Origin: Treponema sp.
GTDB taxonomy: Bacteria; Spirochaetota; Spirochaetia; Treponematales; Treponemataceae
Length of the DNA stretch: 64,000 nucleotides
Assembly (NCBI GenBank): GCA_045629255.1
Contig: JAZQQW010000051.1
Span: 1,134-65,133 of the forward strand
Reading direction: 5' to 3'
Part shown: positions 46,579 through 57,592 of the stretch, piece after piece
How the letters are laid out: every line of letters starts with the position of its first letter
How positions within the stretch are numbered: the stretch's first letter is position 1
Made by a program: the position numbers and the translations under genes
The notes under the pieces: generated by a model
The model's database searches: none
Seen by the model: the letters and a program-made list of their open reading frames with translations, nothing else
What the model was told of the DNA's origin: nothing

Positions 46579-47747
46579 CAGTATGCAAGCTTGATGAGTG
46601 TAAACAAGTCATCAGTCGTCGTGCTCTTTGGCAGACTGTTGATAAACTCAAGTTTACCGGCGTCTTCTGCAGAAAGGGAAAGCTGTTCAATACTGATAGA
46701 CAGATCTTTTAAGCGAGACGGAAGGTTTGCTTTTGCCAGAGTCTGTCTGATAAAGATACTGAGGTCAGCTGCAGCCTTTTCATCAGTTGCGTCATCTGTT
46801 GTTGTTTTCAGCAGATGTGATATACGAGCCAGCTTTGCAATCTTGAATTTAGATGCATCGTCCAGAACATGTGGAAGAATGATAGCAGCCGCAAGTGAAC
46901 TTGTTATACCGTAGCGTGCGCTTATGCACATTGCAAGAAGTGAAGAAATTCCGAGTGATGATGTGCTTGATGCAAGGGATGCCATGAGACCGCCCTGGCA
47001 CAAAAGTTCTTCTTTTGGTGTTGTGACTTCAAGCGATGCTGTACCATTTGAAGCAAGTCCAAGAAGTTCAAACGCTTTTTCTACAGCCATATCTGAGAAA
47101 AAGTTTGCCTTTGGACTGATGTAAGCTTCGATTGCGATACCGAGTGTTTCCAGAAGCATGGAAGAGCACTGATTTTCTGACAGTGAAAGCAGAAGGTTCG
47201 GGTCAAAAATAACAGCCTCGCCGAGATCTTTCTGTACCTGTAGAAGTGATATCTGTGAATTGCGTGAATCAATGAGAGGAACTTTCTGAGTGAAAACAAA
47301 TCTGTCTCTGAAAGTTGTAGGAACACATACCAGAGGAAGAGGTTCGCAAGTGATGTCGTTTTTCTCAATGGCTGTATAAGTATCTCTTGTTTCGTTATAC
47401 AAGGCAGCAACTGCACGTGCAAGATTGATGACTTTGCTTCCACCGACTCCGATTATGCCGTCGATGTGTGCCTGTCTTGTCAGTTTAAGCACGCTGTCAA
47501 CAGTTTTCGTGTCTGCATGCTTTTCGATATTGGAAAATACGAAATAATCTAGTTTTCTGTCTGTCAGAGGCTTTGTGATTTTGCTGCCTGTATCTACCTG
47601 GGTAAGAACAGGATCCATAATCACCATAAACTTGGTTCCCCAGTCTTTTACGAACTCTCCAATTCTGGATGCTGAGTATGAACTGAGAAGAATCTTTTCA
47701 TGAATATTGAACGCGAAATCAGACATATAAACTCCTAGTAAAACCAC
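46578..47747 (-). CDS. iron-containing alcohol dehydrogenase-family protein (divergent)
   Basis: 389 aa. IIGVGGSKVINLARAVA in place of the GGGSxxDxAK motif. Stop overlaps the start of the downstream TrmH gene. Confidence 0.65.
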   Translation of the reverse strand: MVLLGVYMSDFAFNIHEKILLSSYSASRIGEFVKDWGTKFMVIMDPVLTQVDTGSKITKPLTDRKLDYFVFSNIEKHADTKTVDSVLKLTRQAHIDGIIGVGGSKVINLARAVAALYNETRDTYTAIEKNDITCEPLPLVCVPTTFRDRFVFTQKVPLIDSRNSQISLLQVQKDLGEAVIFDPNLLLSLSENQCSSMLLETLGIAIEAYISPKANFFSDMAVEKAFELLGLASNGTASLEVTTPKEELLCQGGLMASLASSTSSLGISSLLAMCISARYGITSSLAAAIILPHVLDDASKFKIAKLARISHLLKTTTDDATDEKAAADLSIFIRQTLAKANLPSRLKDLSISIEQLSLSAEDAGKLEFINSLPKSTTTDDLFTLIKLAY

Positions 47748-47848
47748 CGCGTCAGCGAATGCACAGGATTTTTAGAATTGCAGTTTTACTGCGGGCAAAA
47801 CTGCTCATGATAAAGAATTTCGGAATCTCTTTATCATGTCTTAATTTG

Positions 47849-47879
47849 AAAAAAAAGGACGGAAATTAAATTTCCGCCC
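47849..47879 (-). terminator. rho-independent terminator after flgM
   Basis: Minus strand GGGCGGAAAT-tta-ATTTCCGTCC followed by T8. Confidence 0.8.
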
Positions 47880-47914
47880 TCTTTACCTACGAATTTACTA
47901 CATATGATCAAAGA

Positions 47915-48202
47915 TTAGAGACCGTATGCTCCGAGAATTTGATCAGCGGTTGCTGAAATAGTAGCTTCACTAAAGTAATTCGGATCCTGAATCTTTAGTT
48001 TGATTTGTTCAACTAGCTCCGATCTGACATCCGGTGTCTTTTCGGCTACTGAATTGAGGAAGTGTGCGTCAGCCATTTCTTTTGCTTCTTCAGAAACGAG
48101 AATTTCGTCGAAAGCTGTGCGGCTTGCACGCTGTGATGCAGAAACATTGTTAATGCCCTGCAGATTGTTGATTTGACTTGGTCCAGAAATCTTGTTAATC
48201 AT
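47915..48202 (-). CDS. flgM: anti-sigma-28 factor FlgM
   Basis: 95 aa, disordered N-terminus. C-terminal RSELVEQIKLKIQDPNY...ATADQIL fits FlgM. Confidence 0.7.
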   Translation of the reverse strand: MINKISGPSQINNLQGINNVSASQRASRTAFDEILVSEEAKEMADAHFLNSVAEKTPDVRSELVEQIKLKIQDPNYFSEATISATADQILGAYGL

Positions 48203-48223
48203 AGCATCTGCCTCTCTATTAAG

Positions 48224-48943
48224 CTAGGAATCGCCTTCCGTGGCTTGTGTTTTCTTTATTCCAGAGACGAAGACCGCAAATTCTCCCAAGATCTTTGACC
48301 TTGATGTATAGTCATCCAGAACTTCCTTTGCGGTTCCCTCGGTTATTTCTTCGTGAAGTTTTGTAAGCTCTCTACCTACTACTACTCTACGCTCACTACT
48401 TATATCGGCAATATCATTTAAAAGTTTAACAATTCTAAAAGGACTTTCATATAATATAAAAGCACTTTCAGTAGCCATCAGTTCTACCAGACGGCTGCGT
48501 CTTCTTCCCGGTTTCGGAGACAGAAATCCTTCGAAAATCAAAGTCTTTCCGCCTTCTCCTGCAACACTTGCAAGAGTTGCAAATGCCGACGGTCCTGGAA
48601 TCGGTATGACCTTGTGACCTGCGAGGCGGGCTTTGCCAGCCAGTACAGACCCCGGGTCGCTTATGCCTGGTGTGCCGGCATCGCTTGCATAAGCAATGTT
48701 CTGACCTTCATCAAGCATTTGTATAATCTTCTCAGATGCAAATTTCTCATTCTGCGAACGGCAGCTTATCATTGGCTTGCGTATTTCAAAATGAGTTAGC
48801 AACTGTAATGTATGGCGAGTGTCTTCTGCTGCGACGGCATCAACTTTGCGGAATGTCTCCAGGGCTCTGAAAGTGATGTCGTCAAGATTGCCGATAGGCG
48901 TTCCGACGATGTATAATTCTGACACACATTTATTATATGCCAA
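48224..48943 (-). CDS. rsmI: 16S rRNA (cytidine1402-2'-O)-methyltransferase
   Basis: LYIVGTPIGNLDDITFRALETFRKVDAVAAEDTRHT. Start may be the internal GTG at 48925. Confidence 0.9.
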   Translation of the reverse strand: MAYNKCVSELYIVGTPIGNLDDITFRALETFRKVDAVAAEDTRHTLQLLTHFEIRKPMISCRSQNEKFASEKIIQMLDEGQNIAYASDAGTPGISDPGSVLAGKARLAGHKVIPIPGPSAFATLASVAGEGGKTLIFEGFLSPKPGRRRSRLVELMATESAFILYESPFRIVKLLNDIADISSERRVVVGRELTKLHEEITEGTAKEVLDDYTSRSKILGEFAVFVSGIKKTQATEGDS

Positions 48944-49247
48944 ATTTTTATGACAGTCTAGAGGATTTTATCACGTATTTCTTTGTCCTGTCTGTTTTTG
49001 CATCTTTTCTGCAAAAAAAATCTTCGGAAACCTTGTTAAACTTAGAGGACTGGAGAAATTTTCAAAAACGTCATTTTCTGGAAATGACTGCAAAATTTAT
49101 AATTTGCTAAGTCTTGTAATTTCAAGAGTTAAAGCTTGTCTGTCACATCTGGTAAGTATTTTTTTTGACAAGCACTTAAAACTGCAAATCAAATTTCCGA
49201 TAAGTGTACTGGGGACATTATAAAAATTTGGTGGGGATTCTCTTTTT

Positions 49248-52200
49248 ATGTCAAAAAAAACAAAAAGCATAAGCAATGCTGTTGCCGTTATTCTTTTTCT
49301 TTTAGCAACTTTTATTACAATCAGTTTGATTTTGGGAGCTTTGAACTTCGAACATAATGTTTCTGAAGATAGTGGCTTTTTTCTGATAATTGGTACTATG
49401 CTTTATGGTGTCTACGGATTTTCCGGTTTTCTGATACCAGTTTATCTTGTTGTATCCGGTTTCTTTTGCCTTGATGAAAAGTGGTCTCCGCAGAGAATAA
49501 TTTGTCTTGCCGTAAGCATTCTCCCTTTTTTTACAGTTTCTTTTGCGGAACATGTGTCCAGAAAAATCGCATCGGAAGATGTTTTCCCTGTAGCCTGTAC
49601 AAAAATCCTGATTCTCATGTGCATTGCCATTTTGATTGCCGTGATGGAATATCTTGTGGCTTTGTGCCTGTCAACAAAGGCTATACGTGAATCAATTAAA
49701 CCAAAATTCAAAGAATATAAAGATATCGCTGTCGAAAAAACAAAGGACTTTGTAAAAAATCATACGCACGGAAAAAAACGTGAAAGCATGCCTGAAGAAA
49801 GTTCTGATGATATTTCAGACGAAATGTCTGATTCTGTCGGTGCTTATGAGAAATCTGATGCTGAAAATAACGAAAGTTCTGAAAGCTTTGTTTTGCATGA
49901 TGAAGAACCTGATGCAGAAGCTCAGGCTATAGAGGCGTCCATTGATCAGAGCATAAATGACGTTGCGGAGAACATGTTTGCTTCTCGTACTTCTGTCAAA
50001 GATGAAATCGAGGGAAGTGCATGTTCTTTTGCCCTCGAGGAAAACAGCGGAGCTGACGAGCAGTATCTGGGAAGGGAGTTTCCGTACAGTTCTTCAAAAA
50101 AAAGCATGGATGTCGTTCCTGAAGAAGCTGACATTGCAGATGATGACGAACAGAATGCTGAGGATGACGGCATATATTGCAATGCTGATTCTGGAAATAT
50201 GTCCGTTGCACAAAATCTGACTGCGGCAGACGATGAGGAATCTTCTGGTAATGAAGCAGCTGACATCGGAGAAAATGCAGAACCTGTAGAAAACAGATAT
50301 TCACAGGAAGATTTTGTTTACGAATCTGACGATTACAGTACAAATTATGATCACACACAGGAACTGCCTTCTGTTGGAGAAGTTTTTGATCGGATGGAAG
50401 AAGATGCCAAGCAGGTCATAAAAAACAGAATGTACGATGCTGAATCAGAACGTGAGTATAAAGAGCTTGGCGAAGATGATACAGACGTTGCAGATGTCGG
50501 TGAATCTTTAGAGTCTGACAGAAACTACAGTGTTGAAGTCGAAGATAAAGAAGGTGAAGAAGATGCTGTTGAAGAAATGATGTCTGACGACTCTTTGGGA
50601 ATTCTGAATGAAGATAATGACGGACAGGTTGATGAAATAAATACATTCGAAAATCGTGAAATTTCTGATACACGCGAAAGTTTTGATCAGAATGCAGAAA
50701 GCACAGGCGGGATAGATGATTCTATTTCTGATGAGTATAAACAGAAATATGACATGCAGCAGTATGATATTCCTGCCATGTACAGAATGCAGGACTCAGA
50801 AACTGGCAGCAGTCTGAACGATGAGAATGATGCTGCATTCGGTGAAGATTTTTCTGATGGAGGAGTTTCGGCTCAGATTTTTGAAAGCGCAGATGACAAA
50901 GAATTTGTTTCTGACGAACATTCAGAACTTTCTGATGATATAATCGAAAGTAACGAACCGTCTCAGTTTGAACAAATGCCGGCAGCACAGGCAGTTTCTC
51001 TGAATGAAACAGATTCTTCTTTTGAGACGAAGACATCTTCTGTTCAGCGTCGTGTGCCATACGGCGTTTCCACAGATCTGCTTGTGGCTTATGCAGACAA
51101 CCCGTATTGGATAATTGATGATGAAACAAGAGCTGCTGCAGAAGACCTTAAACAGACATTAAACGAGTTCGGCATTGATGCTGAAGTTACAGAAATTATA
51201 AAAGGCCCTGTTGTAACAATGTTTGAGATTCTGCCGGCGCCAGGAGTTAAGCTAAGTAAAATCGTCGGACTGCAGGATAATATTGCACTTCGTCTTGCGG
51301 CAAGTTCTGTGCGCATCGTTGCACCTATTCCCGGCAAGCAGGCTGTCGGTATTGAGATTCCAAATAAGAACCGTGCTATAGTTTCATTCCGTGAATGTAT
51401 AGAGGAAGATCTTATTGAATGGCAGAAGATGGCTGTTCCTGTAGTTCTTGGCAAAGACATCGAAGGTGAGAATAAGATAATTGATCTTGCAAAGACACCT
51501 CATCTTTTGATTGCAGGTTCGACCGGTTCCGGTAAATCAGTTTGTGTAAACAGTATGATATTAAGCATACTTTACAAAAGAAGTCCGGATCAGGTAAAGA
51601 TGATTCTTGTTGATCCGAAAATTGTCGAACTTAAACTTTACAATGATATTCCTCATCTTCTGACACCTGTTATTACAGAACCAAAGAAAGCTTTGCAGGC
51701 TTTGCAGTACTGTATATGCGAAATGGAACGCCGTTACTCACTTCTTGATCACATGGGAGTCCGTGATATTGCAAGCTACAATAAGAAAATCATTGAGCAG
51801 CATATTGCTGCAGAAAAGCTTCCTTATCTTGTTGTCATTATAGATGAGTTTGCGGATTTGATGATTACAACAGGCAAACAGCTTGAAGATACAATTGCAC
51901 GGCTTGCAGCAAAGAGCCGCGCCGCAGGTATACATCTTGTACTTGCAACACAGAGACCTTCTGTTGATGTCGTAACAGGACTTATCAAAGCAAACATTCC
52001 AAGCCGTATTGCATTTATGGTAGCTAGTAAGATGGACAGCAAAATCATTCTGGACAAGATGGGGGCTGAAATGCTTTTGGGCAGGGGAGATATGCTTTAT
52101 GCAAGTTCTACGTCTCCATTCCCTGTTCGTATACAGGGAACTTTTGTCAGCGACCAGGAAGTTGAGGATGTTGTAAATGCAGTCAAGGCATGGGGCGAAC

Positions 52201-52469
52201 CTGATTATATCGATGATGAGATATTTGTTTCAGATGACGACGACGACGGCGGCGATGAACAGATGAGTTTTGTTGAAGGTGATGACCCATTGTACGAAAA
52301 AGCTCTTGATATCGTTGTTCAGGCTGGTAAAGCCAGTGCTTCATATATCCAGAGAAGACTTAAGATAGGCTATAACAGAGCTGCCCGTCTTGTCGAGGAA
52401 ATGGAAGCAAGAGGAATAGTAGGTCCTGCAAACGGAAGTAAGCCGAGAGATATCATTCATGTTCCGTGA
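49248..52469 (+). CDS. ftsK: DNA translocase FtsK/SpoIIIE with a very long acidic linker
   Basis: 1073 aa. 4 N-terminal helices, about 450-aa D/E/S-rich linker, motor domain (GSTGSGKSV, VVIIDEFADL), gamma domain YIQRRLKIGYNRAARLVEEME. Confidence 0.95.
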   Translation: MSKKTKSISNAVAVILFLLATFITISLILGALNFEHNVSEDSGFFLIIGTMLYGVYGFSGFLIPVYLVVSGFFCLDEKWSPQRIICLAVSILPFFTVSFAEHVSRKIASEDVFPVACTKILILMCIAILIAVMEYLVALCLSTKAIRESIKPKFKEYKDIAVEKTKDFVKNHTHGKKRESMPEESSDDISDEMSDSVGAYEKSDAENNESSESFVLHDEEPDAEAQAIEASIDQSINDVAENMFASRTSVKDEIEGSACSFALEENSGADEQYLGREFPYSSSKKSMDVVPEEADIADDDEQNAEDDGIYCNADSGNMSVAQNLTAADDEESSGNEAADIGENAEPVENRYSQEDFVYESDDYSTNYDHTQELPSVGEVFDRMEEDAKQVIKNRMYDAESEREYKELGEDDTDVADVGESLESDRNYSVEVEDKEGEEDAVEEMMSDDSLGILNEDNDGQVDEINTFENREISDTRESFDQNAESTGGIDDSISDEYKQKYDMQQYDIPAMYRMQDSETGSSLNDENDAAFGEDFSDGGVSAQIFESADDKEFVSDEHSELSDDIIESNEPSQFEQMPAAQAVSLNETDSSFETKTSSVQRRVPYGVSTDLLVAYADNPYWIIDDETRAAAEDLKQTLNEFGIDAEVTEIIKGPVVTMFEILPAPGVKLSKIVGLQDNIALRLAASSVRIVAPIPGKQAVGIEIPNKNRAIVSFRECIEEDLIEWQKMAVPVVLGKDIEGENKIIDLAKTPHLLIAGSTGSGKSVCVNSMILSILYKRSPDQVKMILVDPKIVELKLYNDIPHLLTPVITEPKKALQALQYCICEMERRYSLLDHMGVRDIASYNKKIIEQHIAAEKLPYLVVIIDEFADLMITTGKQLEDTIARLAAKSRAAGIHLVLATQRPSVDVVTGLIKANIPSRIAFMVASKMDSKIILDKMGAEMLLGRGDMLYASSTSPFPVRIQGTFVSDQEVEDVVNAVKAWGEPDYIDDEIFVSDDDDDGGDEQMSFVEGDDPLYEKALDIVVQAGKASASYIQRRLKIGYNRAARLVEEMEARGIVGPANGSKPRDIIHVP

Positions 52470-52616
52470 TTTTACGTTTTGTAAATAATATCATGCTGTT
52501 GTATAGACTGCTTCAAAAAAAAACAAAGTTGCAATAAAAGCTTTTGTTTTTAAGATGTTCATATTAAGTAAGTGCTTCGTCAGTATTTTCGAAGTGCTTT
52601 ATATAGGAAATAAAAA

Positions 52617-53729
52617 GTGAAACGTTTAGTATCTACACTGAAAGTATTTTTTTCAGACAGACCATGGCCTTTGATTGTGCAGTTTGCAATGGCGCTTATT
52701 ACAATATTGCTGTTTTGTTCTGCTCCGATGTTTGCAAACGGCACAAAAGACAGCGTAGAAGGCGAACCATCTTCTGAAGAGCAGAATTCTGACGAAATCG
52801 AAAAAATTGATTTTTCATATTGTCATGACATTCCTGACGGCGGCCCGATAGAAGTAAAAGAGACTTGGGCTTATGTTTTGAATGACCGTGCATATGAGTA
52901 CAAGTCTGCCATGCCTGTCACAGACCTTGTAATTTTCAGTGCGGATGTGAATTGTTACGGAGAGTTTGATTCCATTCCATCGAAAAAGAAGTTTTCTTCG
53001 TTCAAAGGCAGAACTCATCTTTCTGTAACATGCCAGAGTTATTCGCTGTCTCACATGGTTTTGGAGCCACAGTTTGGTTTGACAAAGAAAATGATTGAGA
53101 CGCTTGTTCGCGCGAGCAATGATTTTGACGGCATAAATATTGATTTTGAACTGATACCGAAACGCGATTATGATAATTTTCAGAACTTTATAAAAAATCT
53201 GAGAAAAAGTCTGGGAGTTGAAAAATGGCTCACTGTAGCAGTCCCTGCAAGAGTCAAAACACTTTCATCTGATGCATTTGATTATAAAACTCTGGAGCCG
53301 TATGTTGACCGTATTTTTATCATGGCATACGACGAACACTGGAGCACTAGCGCACCTGGTGCCATTGCAAGTACTGCATGGTGTGAAAGGATTGCAGATT
53401 ATGCATTGTCTGTCTTGCCTCAGAAAAAAATTGTCATGGGTTTACCGTTTTATGGACGTACATGGCAAAGTGAATCATACGGAAAAGCCTGGTATTTCAG
53501 CGGAATAAACAGGATTCTTGATGAAAATGAAATACGGAGTCTCAAACGGGAAAGAGGTGTTCCTTATTTTTCTATGAAAAAAGAAGTTGATGTCACCGGG
53601 TACTTTGAAGATGCATATTCTATAGTAGAAAAATGCAAAGTATACACTTCTAAAGGTATTGAACGCATTGGTTTCTGGCGAATAGGGCAGGAAGATCCGG
53701 ATTTCTGGGATTATATAAAAATTAAATAA
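52617..53729 (+). CDS. glycoside hydrolase family 18-like protein (membrane-anchored or secreted)
   Basis: 370 aa. FDGINIDFE matches the GH18 DxxDxDxE catalytic motif. MAYDEHW. Confidence 0.75.
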   Translation: MKRLVSTLKVFFSDRPWPLIVQFAMALITILLFCSAPMFANGTKDSVEGEPSSEEQNSDEIEKIDFSYCHDIPDGGPIEVKETWAYVLNDRAYEYKSAMPVTDLVIFSADVNCYGEFDSIPSKKKFSSFKGRTHLSVTCQSYSLSHMVLEPQFGLTKKMIETLVRASNDFDGINIDFELIPKRDYDNFQNFIKNLRKSLGVEKWLTVAVPARVKTLSSDAFDYKTLEPYVDRIFIMAYDEHWSTSAPGAIASTAWCERIADYALSVLPQKKIVMGLPFYGRTWQSESYGKAWYFSGINRILDENEIRSLKRERGVPYFSMKKEVDVTGYFEDAYSIVEKCKVYTSKGIERIGFWRIGQEDPDFWDYIKIK

Positions 53730-54177
53730 CTTGCAAAAGATACAGTTTATCTTTCGCAGGCAGTTTTTATCATAAAATTTAAAATCGCATTCGATGTAAA
53801 TAGCTGGTTTAAAAATTATGATTTTTAAACCAGTTTGAAAAATCTGAGTTTTAAAACTTTATACAATTTCTAAAAAATAACTTAAAAAGAATAACTTTAC
53901 CTTTAAAAAGAATTTTTTTGATTTTTTCCTATAAAAAGAAATATCATTTTGTGCTGATTGGCAATGTTGCCCTTGCTTTTTTATATAAATGTCAATTAAA
54001 ATAGATATGTATCATGAAAAGTTAATTCATGCTGTCTGTAAAACTGAAATTTTAAAGACAGTTTTGAGAAATCGATGTTCAAAAATGTGCCGGATCAGTG
54101 TTTTTTGAATTCGACTATCATCAGAATGAAAATTTTCAGAGATATAAAATGTTTTTTTTGTTTTGAGGGAGAAGGAT

Positions 54178-55779
54178 ATGACAAAGGAAAAAATTTCTGA
54201 GGAAATTGCTCAAGGAAAGGCAATTCTTGGTATTGAATTTGGTTCTACACGAATAAAGGCGGTTTTGATTAACAGTGAAAATGAACCGATTGCATCTGGT
54301 GCTTTTGACTGGGAAAACTCTCTTGTTGATGGAATCTGGACTTATTCTCTTGATGAAATCCACAATGGAATCTCAACTGCATTTGTGAACATGAAAAAAG
54401 ATGTTCTTGAAAAATATAGCATAAAAATTACAAAACTTGCAGCTATGGGTATAAGTGCTATGATGCACGGATATCTTGCATTCGATAAAAATGCAAAGCT
54501 TCTTGTTCCTTTCCGCACATGGCGCAATACAATTACAGGTCAGGCAAGTAAAGAGCTTTCTAAACTTTTTGACTATCCGATTCCAGAGAGATGGAGTGTT
54601 GCACATTTGTACCAGGCTGTCCTGAAAAACGAGCCTCATGTAAAAGATGTTGATTTCTTTACAACTCTTGCAGGTTATGCACACTGGATGCTGTCTGGCA
54701 AAAAAGTTCTTGGAATCGGAGATGCATCTGGTATGTTCCCTATAGATGCTGACACAAAGAATTATAATAAGAAGTTTATCAGTCAGTTCGACAGCTTGAT
54801 TGCAGAAAAGAAGCTGTCATGGAAAATAGAAAATCTTTTGCCGGAGGTACTGCCGGCAGGTGCAAACGCAGGAACTCTTACAGAAGCTGGTGCAAAGTGG
54901 CTTGATCCTGAGGGAACTCTGGAAGCTGGTGCTGTTCTTGCTCCTCCTGAAGGAGATGCTGGAACTGGAATGGTTGCAACGAACTCAGTTGCTGTTCGTA
55001 CAGGAAATGTTTCGGCCGGCACATCTGTATTTGCAATGGTTATTCTGGAAAAGGCTTTATCTAAAGCTTATACTGGTCTGATTGATATCGTATCAACTCC
55101 TGACGGAATGCCAGCTGCTATGGCACACGCAAACAACTGTACCGGTGAATATGATAAATGGATAAATCTGTTTGGTGAAGCTGCAAAGCTTTTGGGTGCT
55201 GATTTCAGCAAAGGTAAGCTTTATGATACTCTTCTTGCAGAGTCATTGAAAGGTGACAAGGACTGCGCAGGTCTTATTCCATACAACTACATTTCAGGTG
55301 AAAGCATTACAGGATTTGATTCTGGTCGTCCTCTTTTTGTACGCACTCAGAATGCAAAGTTTAACCTGGCAAACTTTATGCGTGCACAGCTTTTTACTTC
55401 ACTCGGCGCATTGAGAGCTGGTATGGATATTTTGTTCGACGAAGAACATGTAAAGCTTGACCGTCTGACAGGACACGGCGGATTCTTTAAGATGGCAGAA
55501 GTTGGACTTCCTGTTATGGCAGCTGCAATGCACACTCCTGTAAGCGCTTTGAGTACAGCAGGAGAAGGCGGCCCTTGGGGTATGGCACTTTTGGCTTCTT
55601 TCGTTGTAAATGGAAACGGTAAGAGCCTTCCTGAATGGCTTGAAAAGTCAGTCTTTGCAAATGCCAGCGTACAGACTGTTCAGCCGCAAAAAGCTGATGT
55701 TGACGGGTTTAATGCTTTCTTTGCAAATTACAAGAAAGGACTTGCAGTTGAAAAAGCTGCTGTAGAAAATTTGGACTAA
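54178..55779 (+). CDS. FGGY-family pentulose kinase, probably L-ribulokinase
   Basis: Start ATG 54178 behind GAGGGAGAAGGA. ILGIEFGSTRIKAVL (FGGY N-terminal motif). Sits directly upstream of araD. Confidence 0.75.
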   Translation: MTKEKISEEIAQGKAILGIEFGSTRIKAVLINSENEPIASGAFDWENSLVDGIWTYSLDEIHNGISTAFVNMKKDVLEKYSIKITKLAAMGISAMMHGYLAFDKNAKLLVPFRTWRNTITGQASKELSKLFDYPIPERWSVAHLYQAVLKNEPHVKDVDFFTTLAGYAHWMLSGKKVLGIGDASGMFPIDADTKNYNKKFISQFDSLIAEKKLSWKIENLLPEVLPAGANAGTLTEAGAKWLDPEGTLEAGAVLAPPEGDAGTGMVATNSVAVRTGNVSAGTSVFAMVILEKALSKAYTGLIDIVSTPDGMPAAMAHANNCTGEYDKWINLFGEAAKLLGADFSKGKLYDTLLAESLKGDKDCAGLIPYNYISGESITGFDSGRPLFVRTQNAKFNLANFMRAQLFTSLGALRAGMDILFDEEHVKLDRLTGHGGFFKMAEVGLPVMAAAMHTPVSALSTAGEGGPWGMALLASFVVNGNGKSLPEWLEKSVFANASVQTVQPQKADVDGFNAFFANYKKGLAVEKAAVENLD

Positions 55780-55846
55780 AAAAATACGAGCCGCTGCAGA
55801 TAGTTGTTTTGCAGGCGGCTTTTTTAACATGGAGAAAGAATAAATT

Positions 55847-56569
55847 ATGTCAAATTACAAAACTATAAAAGAGCAGGCTTTTGAAGCCAATATGCAGATA
55901 CCGGCACAGCATCTGGCATTGTATACATGGGGAAACGTAAGTGCTTTTGATAAGTCTCTGGGCGTTTTTGCAATTAAGCCGTCTGGAGTTCCGTATCCGG
56001 AGCTTACAGCGGATAATATGGTTGTAGTTGATCTTGACGGCAAAGTTGTAGAAGGTGATCTGCGTCCGTCAAGTGATACTCCGACTCATGTTGTGCTTTA
56101 TAAGGAGTTTGCAGTTAATGACGGAGCTTCGATAAACGGCATCATTCATACACATTCTACATACGCAGTAAGTTGGGCTCAGGCAGTTAAGCCAGTTCCA
56201 CTTTTTGGAACAACTCATGCTGATCATATTCAGACAGAAGTTCCTTGTACTCCGTATCTTTCTCAGGAAGCTGTAAAGAATGATTATGAAAGAGAGACAG
56301 GAAATTTAATTGTCAGCCATTTCCGTTCTCTTAAACTTAATCCTGCAGAAGTAAATATGGTTCTTGTTGGAGGACACGGACCTTTCTGTTGGGGAAACAC
56401 AGCAGACAAGGCTGTTTACAATGCCGCTGTTTTGGAAGAAGTCAGTCATATGGCATTGAATACGATTATGATTGAGCCGAGAGCTGAGTCTCTGCCTTCT
56501 TATATTGTTGACAAACATTATATGAGAAAGCATGGCCCGAATGCTTATTACGGACAGGCAAAAAAATAA
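55847..56569 (+). CDS. araD: L-ribulose-5-phosphate 4-epimerase
   Basis: 240 aa. WGNVSA, IKPSGV, PSSDTPTHVVLY, IIHTHSTYA. Confidence 0.9.
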   Translation: MSNYKTIKEQAFEANMQIPAQHLALYTWGNVSAFDKSLGVFAIKPSGVPYPELTADNMVVVDLDGKVVEGDLRPSSDTPTHVVLYKEFAVNDGASINGIIHTHSTYAVSWAQAVKPVPLFGTTHADHIQTEVPCTPYLSQEAVKNDYERETGNLIVSHFRSLKLNPAEVNMVLVGGHGPFCWGNTADKAVYNAAVLEEVSHMALNTIMIEPRAESLPSYIVDKHYMRKHGPNAYYGQAKK

Positions 56570-57427
56570 ATGATACACAAAAAAATCGAATTACAGGCAC
56601 GTTCTGTAGGTAAAATAAATTCTGCGGAAAATGGTTCCGCAGAAAGATTCGTTCCTTCGATAACAACTTATATTATAGAAAATAGTGCTGAAATCGATGT
56701 GGACAGAAGAAGACCTATGGTTGTTATATGTCCTGGCGGAGCTTATACATTCAAAAGTTTTCGTGAGGCAGAACCTGTTGCACTTAAGATGGTGTCTCTC
56801 GGATTCAACTCATGTATTCTTGACTATTCTGTAGCGCCGATGGATTTTCCGGCAGCCTTTATGGATTTATGTGAAGCTGTTTATTACATAAGAAAACATG
56901 CGGAAGAACTGAATACTGATGCAAATAAAATTATCGTATGCGGTTTTTCGGCAGGTGGTCATCTGGCTGCAAGTCTTGGCGTCTGGTGGAATACAGATAT
57001 AGTATCAAAATATCTGCCGTATTCGAATATCGATATTCGTCCGAACGCTCTTATGCTGGGATATCCTGTTATTACTTCCGGTGAATTTGCACACAAGGAA
57101 TCAATTCAGAATGTTTTGGGTACTGAGTATGGCAATGCTGAACTGATGGATTTAGTTTCACTTGAAAAGCATGTGACTTCTGATGTGCCTCCGACGTTTA
57201 TCTGGCATACTGCTGATGATAATTGTGTACCTGTACAGAATTCGATTATGTTTGTTTCTGAACTTGCAGCTAAAGGAGTTGTTTTTGAAAGCCATATTTT
57301 TAAAAGCGGAAACCATGGTTTAAGCCTTGCAACAGAAGAAACTGCATCAAATCCGGCTCAGGTAAATATTGAGTGTGCAGTCTGGCCTTTGATGTTTCAG
57401 AGTTTTGTGAAAAAATATTTTGCTTGA
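56570..57427 (+). CDS. alpha/beta-hydrolase esterase (Abhydrolase_3-like)
   Basis: 285 aa. VVICPGGAY, GFSAGGHLA nucleophile elbow, a late GNHG. Confidence 0.8.
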   Translation: MIHKKIELQARSVGKINSAENGSAERFVPSITTYIIENSAEIDVDRRRPMVVICPGGAYTFKSFREAEPVALKMVSLGFNSCILDYSVAPMDFPAAFMDLCEAVYYIRKHAEELNTDANKIIVCGFSAGGHLAASLGVWWNTDIVSKYLPYSNIDIRPNALMLGYPVITSGEFAHKESIQNVLGTEYGNAELMDLVSLEKHVTSDVPPTFIWHTADDNCVPVQNSIMFVSELAAKGVVFESHIFKSGNHGLSLATEETASNPAQVNIECAVWPLMFQSFVKKYFA

Positions 57428-57496
57428 AAAACTGTTACGGAAAATTATTTAGAGGGTAACTCAAAATTTAATTTCTGGACGTAGATTGTAAATCAA

Positions 57497-57545
57497 AACA
57501 GGCTTTGCAGAGTGTTAGAAAACATTTGCAAAGCCTGTTTTTTTC
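57497..57545 (+). terminator. rho-independent terminator between convergent genes
   Basis: AACAGGCTTTGCA-loop-TGCAAAGCCTGTT followed by a T-run. Confidence 0.8.
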
Positions 57546-57592
57546 GGCAATGATTATATTTCCGATTTGAAAAGCATTTATTAGAGTGTTTT

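Noticed and set aside
53730-54162. 430-bp AT-rich spacer with a 13-bp perfect hairpin (CTGGTTTAAAAAT/ATTTTTAAACCAG) and a duplicated TTAAAAAGAAT motif upstream of the pentulose kinase
   Set aside because: It is most simply the terminator of the GH18 gene plus a promoter or operator region. No regulator gene or structured-RNA signature supports anything more.
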